Source: Thermoproteota archaeon
GTDB lineage: Archaea; Korarchaeota; Korarchaeia; Korarchaeales; Korarchaeaceae
DNA: 49,552 bases
Assembly: GCA_027492205.1 (NCBI GenBank)
Contig: JAOZFN010000003.1
Location: 1 to 49,552, forward strand
Direction of reading: 5' to 3'
Below, one piece after another: positions 1 to 7,732 of this stretch. The notes under the pieces are model-generated. The model was not told where the DNA came from and searched no databases. It was given only the letters and a program-made list of their open reading frames with translations. The translations under genes were made by a program, and so were the position numbers. Within the stretch, counting starts at the first letter, position 1. Each line of letters opens with the position of its first letter.

Positions 1-1136
1 CCCTTGATTGAGCTGAGGGACGTTTGGTTCAGGTACGAGGGCTCGGGTTCGCCCGCGCTGAGGGGGGTCAGCCTCGAGATCAGGAGGGGTGAGTTCGTCC
101 TGCTGCTCGGGGCAAGCGGCGCCGGAAAGTCCACCCTGCTGAGGACCCTCAACGGCCTAATACCGCACTTCTACCCCGGCGAGATGAGGGGGAGGGTCGT
201 CGTCGATGGCCTTGACACCAGGGAGGCTCAGGTCTCCGAGCTGGCCAGGAGGGTGGGGCTGGTCTTTCAGAACCCCGAGAATCAGCTGGTGACCAACCTC
301 GTGGAGAGGGAGATCGCGTTTGGGCTGGAGAACCTGGGCCTCAGCAGGAAAGAGATGCGGGAGAGGGTCAGATCCGTCGCAGAGGAGTTGGGGATAGGGG
401 AACTCCTGAATAGACCCACCGGGAGTCTGTCTGGGGGAGAGAAGCAGCTGGTTGCCATAGCGTCGGTTCTGGCGATGGGGCCCGGTTACGTGGCCTTAGA
501 TGAACCCACATCAGAGCTGGATCCGAGATCGGCCGAGGCCGTCGCGGAGGCGCTGAAGAAGATTCACCGGGATGGGAGGACGGTAGTCGTGTCCGAGCAC
601 AGGCTCGACGTCTTCGCCCCCCTGGCGACACGGGCGGTGGTGATGGACCGAGGGAGGGTCCTGGCGGACGGAGACCCAACAGAAGTGTTGGTTAGGAGGG
701 ATGTGATCGAGTCCGGGGTGCTCCCGCCCAGAGTAGTGCAGATCTACCTGGTGGCCAGGGACCGCGGCCTCCTAGATGGGTGGACGGGGAGGGCTCCCCT
801 GTCCGTGGAAGAGTGCTTGGGGATGTTGAGGGAACTTAGAAGATGGGGGGGCGGTCGCCCTTGATTGAGCTGAGGGACGTCTGGTTCAGGTACGAGGGCT
901 CGGGTTCGCCCGCGCTGAGGGGGGTCAGCCTCGAGATCAGGAGGGGTGAGATCCTCGTCGTGCTGGGCAGCAACGGCGCCGGAAAGTCCACCCTGCTGAG
1001 GACCCTCAACGGCCTAATACCGCACTTCTACCCCGGCGAGATGAGGGGGAGGGTCGTCGTCGATGGCCTTGACACCAGGGAGGCTCAGGTCTCCGAGCTG
1101 GCCAGGAGGGTGGGGCTGGTCTTTCAGAACCCCGAG
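1..1136 (+). repeat. ~279 bp near-identical direct repeat (1-279 vs 858-1136) covering the 5' thirds of the two ecfA genes
   Basis: By-eye alignment: 12 mismatches, one at position 24 and 11 within 94-116; 117-279 is identical to 974-1136. Confidence 0.9.
4..864 (+). CDS. ecfA1: ECF transporter ATPase (EcfA/CbiO family), copy 1
   Basis: Walker A GASGAGKST, Q-loop VFQNPE, signature LSGGEKQ, Walker B/D-loop LDEPTSELD, H-switch SEH; TTG start. Confidence 0.92.
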   Translation: MIELRDVWFRYEGSGSPALRGVSLEIRRGEFVLLLGASGAGKSTLLRTLNGLIPHFYPGEMRGRVVVDGLDTREAQVSELARRVGLVFQNPENQLVTNLVEREIAFGLENLGLSRKEMRERVRSVAEELGIGELLNRPTGSLSGGEKQLVAIASVLAMGPGYVALDEPTSELDPRSAEAVAEALKKIHRDGRTVVVSEHRLDVFAPLATRAVVMDRGRVLADGDPTEVLVRRDVIESGVLPPRVVQIYLVARDRGLLDGWTGRAPLSVEECLGMLRELRRWGGGRP

Positions 1137-1685
1137 CGGATGTTCTTCTCGGAGACCGTACTTGAGGAGTTGACTTTCGGACCCCTAAACTTCGGGATGG
1201 ACGTAGAGGACGCCAGAAAGAGGGCCCTGGAGGTAGCTGAGGAGATGGGCCTGACCGAGCTTCTGAGTAGACCTCCCTGGTCCCTCAGCGGAGGTGAGAT
1301 GAAGAGGCTGTCAATAGCCTCGGTGCTCACGATGGATCCGGCGTACGTCGCGTTGGACGAGCCGACGGTCGGTCAAGACGCGAAAAACAAGGCGAGCATC
1401 TGCTCCTTGATCAGGAGGGTGAGAGAGGAATCGAGGGGTGTTATCGTGGTGACTCACGATCTAGAGTGGGTTGTCGACTTAGAGCCCGACAGGATAGTAC
1501 TCATGGAAGGCGGATCTATAGCTGCGGACGGCGGGAGGGAGATACTCGCCGATGGGAGTAGGCTGAGGGAGGTCGGGCTATCGCCGCCCGTGTGCGCTAT
1601 GGTCTCAGAGAGGCTGGGGATTGGACCGAGGCTAACTCCGCGAGAGGTTGTAGAGGGAGTCTTAGCTGGGAGGGGGTTCGGTTGA
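861..1685 (+). CDS. ecfA2: ECF transporter ATPase, copy 2
   Basis: GSNGAGKST, LSGGEMKR, LDEPTVGQD, VTHD; start placed at TTG 861 by homology to copy 1 and overlap with its stop. Confidence 0.92.
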   Translation: MIELRDVWFRYEGSGSPALRGVSLEIRRGEILVVLGSNGAGKSTLLRTLNGLIPHFYPGEMRGRVVVDGLDTREAQVSELARRVGLVFQNPERMFFSETVLEELTFGPLNFGMDVEDARKRALEVAEEMGLTELLSRPPWSLSGGEMKRLSIASVLTMDPAYVALDEPTVGQDAKNKASICSLIRRVREESRGVIVVTHDLEWVVDLEPDRIVLMEGGSIAADGGREILADGSRLREVGLSPPVCAMVSERLGIGPRLTPREVVEGVLAGRGFG

Positions 1686-2398
1686 TCTCGCTGGGTGTCC
1701 TGAGAGGAGAGGAAGGTTCCCTCGGCTGCAGGATGTGTCTGGCTCATCCGGCCTCTAAACTCCTGTGGATGGTGTCCTTCTCTTCTCTCCCGCTGGTCAT
1801 ATCGAGTCCCGCGTATCAAGTCATCCTACTACTCCTGGTCACCCTCACGTCCCTTGGGGGAGGGGTGGGCCTTCGCCCCCTCTCTGCGGTCAGGCATTTA
1901 GCGGTCCCAATAGGGGCTATAGTTGTCCTGAACTTCGTGTTCACTAGAGATCTCGTGTTTTCCGTGGGCATGGGGCTGAGAATGTTTTCCATGGCGGCGG
2001 CGGCCTTCCTGTTCTTCGCAGTTACGGATCCGATGGAGGTGGCGGACCTGCTAACCATGATGGGGGCGCCTCCCCCCGTTGCGCTCGCCGGTATGGTGGC
2101 CGTCAGATTCGTACCCGTGATGATCGAGGACCTCAGGGGGATCGCCGCCGCCCAGAGGAGCAGGGGGTATCGGTCCGACGTCGGAGGACCCGTCGAGAGG
2201 ATCAGGAAGCTGGCCCCAATATTGATCCCCGCCCTAGTCTTGGTGGTGAGGAGGAGTCAGGCGGTCGCCGAGTCCGTTGAGTCGAGGGGCTTCGGCAGTG
2301 GGAGAAGGTCTCTCTACCCAGATTACAGGTTTAGGAGGGTCGACCTGCTCTTGGCGTCTTGGGCCCTGATACCATGGTTTGCGATTCTAATCTCGTGA
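1682..2398 (+). CDS. ecfT: ECF transporter transmembrane component T (CbiQ/EcfT)
   Basis: Hydrophobic helices and the two conserved coupling motifs AQRSRG and ESRGF; TTG 1682 overlaps the ecfA2 stop. Confidence 0.88.
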   Translation: MISLGVLRGEEGSLGCRMCLAHPASKLLWMVSFSSLPLVISSPAYQVILLLLVTLTSLGGGVGLRPLSAVRHLAVPIGAIVVLNFVFTRDLVFSVGMGLRMFSMAAAAFLFFAVTDPMEVADLLTMMGAPPPVALAGMVAVRFVPVMIEDLRGIAAAQRSRGYRSDVGGPVERIRKLAPILIPALVLVVRRSQAVAESVESRGFGSGRRSLYPDYRFRRVDLLLASWALIPWFAILIS

Positions 2399-2682
2399 CT
2401 GAGAGGCCCCCCTCTCCTTCCACTGCGACAATTGGGGAGGCCACCGCACCGACCCATTGGACTGGAATTGGGTAAATTTCAACTCCGGCCCATATTGTAC
2501 CCGGAGCTGTCAGAGTGGAAGCCGCGGTCTCCCTCCCGTTGATAGAGGCACTCCTCTGCATTGTGTTTCTGCGCAGGAAAAACATGAGAATCATTCTAAG
2601 GTCGCCCCTCGTCAAATATGAACTCGCTTAATTAGACCAATCTTTCAAGTCGAAGCAGAGTCGGAAAACTCGAACTCGGAAA
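2399..2682. other. Candidate replication origin / orc1 upstream region
   Basis: Non-coding and AT-richer than its flanks, directly upstream of orc1/cdc6; inverted AGTGGAAG-containing boxes at 2417-2430 and 2508-2521, the left one followed on the minus strand by a G-string. Confidence 0.35.
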
Positions 2683-3894
2683 TTGGAGGTGGGGGATCGG
2701 TTGGCAGCAAGGTATTCTCACCTAAATTCGATTCCTAGTGGCAGAAACGTGAGGATAATCCAGGATAGAAGGGTTCTCTCGGACGCCTACGTCCCAGAAA
2801 CCTTGCCGGGTAGGGACGAGCAGATCCTCATGTTTGAGGAGCACCTCGAGCCCCTCCTGTTTAATGAGCCCCCCTCCCACCTAGCCTTCACCGGGATGGC
2901 TGGCACGGGCAAAACTGCCGTGGCCAAGCACGTCCTGAGGCACAAGAGCGAAGAACTCCGAGGGGCCCCCGTCCGCTTCATCTACATCAACTGCTCTCAG
3001 GCCAACACCTCTTACCGCGTCATGTACCAACTGAACAGGGCCTTCGGGATCCTGGTGCCCCCAAGTGGCTATCCCTACGACGTCCTCGAGGACAACTTCA
3101 GGAAGGCGTTCTTGGAGGCCGACGTGAGGATGTTCCTGGTGTTGGACGAGGTTGATCTCCTGGTCAGGAGGGACGGCGGGCGGCTCCTCTACTCCCTCAC
3201 CAGAATGAACTACGATCTGGACCTGAGGAGGAACTCCGTCACCGTGCTGGGGATATCCAACACCCTGAATTTCCTAGACAGGCTTGACAGGAGAGTTTTG
3301 AGTTCGTACAACCCTGACAGGATATTCTTCCAACCGTATTCGGCAGATGAGCTCTACAACATTCTCCTCCAGAGGGCCAGGCTCGGCCTGAGGCCGGGCT
3401 CTTGGGAGGACGCGGCCCTCAGGAGGATAGCCGCCAAGGTGGCGAGGGAAGGCGGTGACGCCAGGAGGGCCATAGATCTCCTGCGCATGGCCGCCACACT
3501 TGCGGAAAGGGATAGATCCGGGAAGTTGACCGAGGATCACGTGGGGCAGGCCGAGATTCGGGTGGACGAGAGTGAGGTCCAGGTGGCCATTAGAACCCTC
3601 CCGTTTCACCACCTGCTGGTCCTCAAGGCCGCCGTGGACCTCCTCCTGGCCGGAGATCCGAGGCCAGGCACTGGAAAGATATACGAGAGGTACGAGAGGT
3701 ACGCCAGAAGGTTCCTCGTGAGCCCTCTCACGATGAGGAGGGTGAGCGCGATCCTGAGGGAACTTGAATCCCAGGGAATCATCGAGATAGAGATGAGCTA
3801 CGGAGGCGCGAGGGGGAACACGAAAGTCGTTAGAGGGACGGCCCTACCGCCTCTTCGCCTCAAAGAGATCTTGAATGAGGTCACGCGGGTGTAG
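2683..3894 (+). CDS. cdc6: Orc1/Cdc6 replication initiator AAA+ ATPase
   Basis: YVPETLPGRD, Walker A GMAGTGKT, YINC, Walker B LDEVD, sensor GDARRAIDLL, C-terminal wHTH (GGARGNT); true start may be TTG 2701. Confidence 0.95.
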   Translation: MEVGDRLAARYSHLNSIPSGRNVRIIQDRRVLSDAYVPETLPGRDEQILMFEEHLEPLLFNEPPSHLAFTGMAGTGKTAVAKHVLRHKSEELRGAPVRFIYINCSQANTSYRVMYQLNRAFGILVPPSGYPYDVLEDNFRKAFLEADVRMFLVLDEVDLLVRRDGGRLLYSLTRMNYDLDLRRNSVTVLGISNTLNFLDRLDRRVLSSYNPDRIFFQPYSADELYNILLQRARLGLRPGSWEDAALRRIAAKVAREGGDARRAIDLLRMAATLAERDRSGKLTEDHVGQAEIRVDESEVQVAIRTLPFHHLLVLKAAVDLLLAGDPRPGTGKIYERYERYARRFLVSPLTMRRVSAILRELESQGIIEIEMSYGGARGNTKVVRGTALPPLRLKEILNEVTRV

Positions 3895-5461
3895 GCGACC
3901 TCAGATCCAGGGGCCTCACGCTTAGGTCGTGGAGAGAGAGGACCGGGTATATCCCAGGGGTCGCCGTTATCCCCATCTTCTTTATGTACGGCGTCTCGGC
4001 CTGGAATGTTCCGGAGTTTATCAGCCTGACGCCCCTGTAAACCCCAACTCCAAATATGTGAACATGTCCCATGTGGACGACCTCTGGGACCTCCTCAATC
4101 ACGAGCCAGTCTTTAGACTCGGGCGCAATCGGATGTTCCCCGTACATCGGCGCCAGGTGCCGCGCCCTGAGGAGCTGCCTCATCGCGGAGACGACCGTCC
4201 TTCCGGTGGGGGGCTGGAGGCCGGGGACGTACTTGAACACCGTGTTGAGGCTCCTCCCGTGATACAGCAGTATCCTGACTCCCTCCAAGTTGACAACGGC
4301 CGGGTTTCCGACGGCCAAGAAGTGGTTAACGGAATCGATCAGGGGCCTCAAGAACCTCTCGGGAACTTTGGGCTGTGGCTCCGCCTGTCTCACCGGTTCG
4401 TGGTTGCCTGGAATGTACACGACGCGGATGTGACTCGGGAGCATTGACAGGAGACGCGCCGCTTCTTCGTACTGCCCATAGATGTCTTTAATCTCTAGCT
4501 CATCTTCCTGGCCGGGGTAGATGCCTACTCCGTCCACGAGGTCCCCGCATATCAGGAGGTACCCGACATCCTTGGCGTCCTCGCTCTTCAACCAGTCGAC
4601 GAATCTCCTCCACAGGTCCTCGAGGAAGTAGCTGCTCCCGACGTGAACGTCTGAAATGAGGACGGCCCTCTTACGGGACCTTGACCTGTTAGGCGTGAAC
4701 CCCCTGGGGACATCCGGGTGGTGGATTGCGTCCGTCCGGAGGGTTCCCCTCCTGGGATCCACCTCGCCGCTCACAACTATCAGCTGGTCCATCATCACCA
4801 TCTCCGCCGCCCTGTAGAGATCACCCTCTTCTCTGGGGACGAAGACCCTTATCTGATCGCTCTCGTCCTCCAGGACAATGACAAAGCCCCTCCTCGTGGA
4901 TCGCTTCTCCGCGACCAGCCCAGCAATGTGGGCCCTCGACAGCCTCTCCGCCCTGAGGCGGACTTGTGATGGCGTGTAGAGGTTGTTCTGAAACCTCTTT
5001 CTGACTATCCCGAGGAGCCTCCTGAATCTGTCTTGAAAGTACTCAACGAACTCTTCAGGAACGCCCCTCCTGACGGAGAGGACGGGGTCAAGCTCAACTC
5101 TGACCCACTCGCCGACCTGAGCAGAGCGTGCGGCGGTGGGCCCTTTGCCTTCTTCGATTCCCCATCTCTCCACGTCGACGACCTTCGTCGACCGACCTGT
5201 CGCTTTAACCCTGGATTCACTCACTCGCGTCGCTTCCGCTTCGCCCAGAATTCTCTTGATGGAGTCCTCGTCTAGTACCGGGGGGAATTCGTCCCCCCCA
5301 CCCTCAAGCGCCGCGAGGAGGTCACGGGCGCTATAGGCTCCACCCGTAATCAGCCTCAGCGCCCCGGGCGTGAGGTGGTACCCCCTCTCGGCGAGGGTCA
5401 GAATCAGGCTCCTGACCGCCTCTCCCCTCTCCTCTCCGTTGAGGACGCTGCCCTCCCTCAC
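3881..5461 (-). CDS. polB: DNA polymerase D small (proofreading) subunit DP1
   Basis: YFQDRF, OB fold, calcineurin-like motifs SDVHVGS, GDLVDG, PGNHE, YHGRS, RHLAP, GHVH, NSGTFQ; start adjusted to the GTG overlapping the upstream stop. Confidence 0.93.
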   Translation of the reverse strand: MREGSVLNGEERGEAVRSLILTLAERGYHLTPGALRLITGGAYSARDLLAALEGGGDEFPPVLDEDSIKRILGEAEATRVSESRVKATGRSTKVVDVERWGIEEGKGPTAARSAQVGEWVRVELDPVLSVRRGVPEEFVEYFQDRFRRLLGIVRKRFQNNLYTPSQVRLRAERLSRAHIAGLVAEKRSTRRGFVIVLEDESDQIRVFVPREEGDLYRAAEMVMMDQLIVVSGEVDPRRGTLRTDAIHHPDVPRGFTPNRSRSRKRAVLISDVHVGSSYFLEDLWRRFVDWLKSEDAKDVGYLLICGDLVDGVGIYPGQEDELEIKDIYGQYEEAARLLSMLPSHIRVVYIPGNHEPVRQAEPQPKVPERFLRPLIDSVNHFLAVGNPAVVNLEGVRILLYHGRSLNTVFKYVPGLQPPTGRTVVSAMRQLLRARHLAPMYGEHPIAPESKDWLVIEEVPEVVHMGHVHIFGVGVYRGVRLINSGTFQAETPYIKKMGITATPGIYPVLSLHDLSVRPLDLRSPTPA

Positions 5462-6228
5462 GTCATGTCTCCGCAAGCGCACCACACCTCCACCAGCATG
5501 TCAAAAAGTTCATCGAGGCCCCTTTCCTCTCTGGCTGAGATTAGCGCAACCCGCTGCGCGGTTCTGAACTCTTTTACGGCCTCAAGAAGATCTGAGAGGG
5601 CTTCTGACGCGACCCCACGGCTCTGGAGGATTAGATCCCTAGTCTCGCCCCTAAGCACAGATGTCCAGATCTCCTTCAGCCGCTCGCCACCCCCCAGGTC
5701 GGCCTTGTTCAGCGCCGGAATAACCCCCACATCGAGCTTCAGCTCGATGATCTTCGCGAGGAGGGCCGCCGTGAGGAGGTCCTCAACCATAACGTTTGAC
5801 TCGACTTCACCGAGGAAGACGGCTGTCGTCCTGGAGAAGCGAGCGGAGATCGCGTCAACTATCCTCCTGCCGGACGCCCTGAGGGCGAATGCCTCTGCCT
5901 GCCCTGGGGTGTCGACGATCATGAAGTCGGTGTCCACGGATTCGAGTCCACTAACGAGTCTCTCGAGGTTCTCGTCCTCCGCGAGGATATCGATCGCCCT
6001 CAGTATGGCGCCGTTTGGGCCCAGCCCTTCCCTCTCCATCACGTCTTCGACCGTCACCAACTCCCTGACGTCGTACGCTGGCTCATAGGGTATCCTCCTG
6101 ACCCCAGGATCTAGGTTGACGGCGCTCGCTCTCAGCCCCCTTCTCTTCATCCACCTGACAAGGGCGCCGGTCAGAGTGGTCTTACCGGTCCCCGCGAGTC
6201 CCATCACCAAGGCCACGTCGGTCGTCAT
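5458..6228 (-). CDS. GPN-loop GTPase
   Basis: GLAGTGKTT, NLDPG, GLGPNGA (GPN loop), DTPGQ, NKAD, C-terminal CACGD; start at ATG 6228. Confidence 0.92.
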   Translation of the reverse strand: MTTDVALVMGLAGTGKTTLTGALVRWMKRRGLRASAVNLDPGVRRIPYEPAYDVRELVTVEDVMEREGLGPNGAILRAIDILAEDENLERLVSGLESVDTDFMIVDTPGQAEAFALRASGRRIVDAISARFSRTTAVFLGEVESNVMVEDLLTAALLAKIIELKLDVGVIPALNKADLGGGERLKEIWTSVLRGETRDLILQSRGVASEALSDLLEAVKEFRTAQRVALISAREERGLDELFDMLVEVWCACGDMT

Positions 6229-7568
6229 CCCACCCCCAGCTCCCTGAGCGCGGAGATAGCGATCCCCCTCAGCTCGGTGAGCCCCTCCTCCCTCTCTGAC
6301 TCCGCGTAAATCCGAATCTTGGGCTCTGTCCCGCTCACCCGCAGGAGGATCCAACCGTCCTCTAGTATGAGCTTGACTCCGTCGAGCCTGCTGACTTCGA
6401 CAATCCTCCCACTAAGGGCCTCTTCCACCCTCGAGACCAGGGCCCTGAAGACCGCTTGCCTGTCTCCCTCGAAGAGAAAGCTCATCCTAAACTGATGATA
6501 CTTTGGGACGGCCTCCAGAGCCTCCCTCAAGGAGCCGAACTCCTCGACGGCCCTGAGGACGAGCGTTGAGGCCATGATCCCGTCGAAGAAGGGTCCCCAC
6601 TCGGGCACCATGATCTTCCAGGGCTCCGTCACCAGATCCGCCTCCCAGCCCTCTGACGCCCTCCTAAAGTACTCGCTGTGCAGGTCCCCCAGCCTCCACT
6701 CCACGACCTCTCCTCCTTGGGACCGTACGAGGTCTCGGATCCCCCACCCAATGTCCACGGAGACTATCACCCTCCTCGCCCGCAGCACCAGCGCGGCCAG
6801 CGAGGAGACGGCGTACTGCGGGACGAACTGCCCGGAGCCGTCGACGACCGCCACCCTGTCTGCGTCACCGTCCCAAGCTATCCCCATCTCGGCTCTCAAC
6901 CTTCTCACTAGGTCCCCGAGTCCAGCCAGGTTCTCACGAGTCGGCTCTGAGGGCCTGCCGGGAAACCTCCCGTCGACCCAGTCGTTCACAGTCGTGACCT
7001 CCGCGCCCATCCTCGATATGACCTCCGGGGCGAGGTTCGAGGCGCAACCGTTCCCCGGGTCCAATACGACCCTCGTGGCGACCTCGGAGCTGGAGATCCT
7101 CAGCAGGTCTCGAACGTAGTCGGTGGGCGTGTAGCCCGAGGGCGTGACCTCAGGTCTCCTCTCCGGGAGCCGAGGGCGCGGGAGCCCGTCGATCTCGCCC
7201 TCAATTTTCCTCTCCTCCTCCCGGGTGGCCTCCGCCCCCCTCGAAGATATGGCCTTGAAGCCGTTGAATTCTGGAGGGTTGTGGCTGGCGGTGACGTATA
7301 TTCCCGCGATTCCCTGCACCTTGGCCGACCTGCAGGTCACGGGCAGGGGCGCGAGCCCCAAGAGCTTGACGTCTTTACCCTCGGACAGCACCCCGCTGAT
7401 GACAGCCGCAGCCAGGGACGGGCTGCTGAGCCTCCCATCCCAGCCGACGAGGAAGGGCTCGCTTTCCATCACTCTCGCGACTGCCCTACCAAACCTCAAC
7501 GCTGAGACTTCGTCGATCTGGACCCCGTAAACCCCCCTGACGCCTGCGGTGCCGAACAGTTTCCCCAT
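6225..7568 (-). CDS. Phosphoglucomutase/phosphomannomutase (alpha-D-phosphohexomutase family)
   Basis: LFGTAGVRG, catalytic TASHNP, metal loop DGDADR, RVSGTEPKIRIY. Confidence 0.93.
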   Translation of the reverse strand: MGKLFGTAGVRGVYGVQIDEVSALRFGRAVARVMESEPFLVGWDGRLSSPSLAAAVISGVLSEGKDVKLLGLAPLPVTCRSAKVQGIAGIYVTASHNPPEFNGFKAISSRGAEATREEERKIEGEIDGLPRPRLPERRPEVTPSGYTPTDYVRDLLRISSSEVATRVVLDPGNGCASNLAPEVISRMGAEVTTVNDWVDGRFPGRPSEPTRENLAGLGDLVRRLRAEMGIAWDGDADRVAVVDGSGQFVPQYAVSSLAALVLRARRVIVSVDIGWGIRDLVRSQGGEVVEWRLGDLHSEYFRRASEGWEADLVTEPWKIMVPEWGPFFDGIMASTLVLRAVEEFGSLREALEAVPKYHQFRMSFLFEGDRQAVFRALVSRVEEALSGRIVEVSRLDGVKLILEDGWILLRVSGTEPKIRIYAESEREEGLTELRGIAISALRELGVG

Positions 7569-7615
7569 GCCTCCACCGAGCGGTTATATACCCGGGGCGT
7601 GATAAATGGGTGGGT

Positions 7616-7726
7616 GCCGGGGTACCCTAGCCAGAGGGCCTCCGGCCCGGCGAAGCCAAGGGGCCGGACTCGAGATCCGGTGGCCTCTCGGAGGCCACGT
7701 GGGTTCAAATCCCACCCCCGGCGCCA
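7616..7726 (+). tRNA. tRNA-Ser(CGA) with a 20-nt D-loop intron (7635-7654), CCA encoded
   Basis: Acceptor stem GCCGGGG/CCCCGGC, anticodon CGA at 7671-7673, long variable arm, TTCAAAT T-loop, G73; removing the insert restores D-loop AGCCAGGCCAA; TATA-like TTATATA at 7584. Confidence 0.9.
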
Positions 7727-7732
7727 CCAACC

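Noticed and set aside
1-1136. Diversity-generating retroelement template/variable repeat pair
   Set aside because: Mismatches are not adenine-specific, both copies are coding 5' ends, and no reverse transcriptase is present.
5375-6088. Long antisense ORFs here and at 32174-33307, 30282-31010, 29112-29798 and 26249-26956
   Set aside because: Shadow frames of well-supported genes in GC-rich DNA, with no recognisable motifs.
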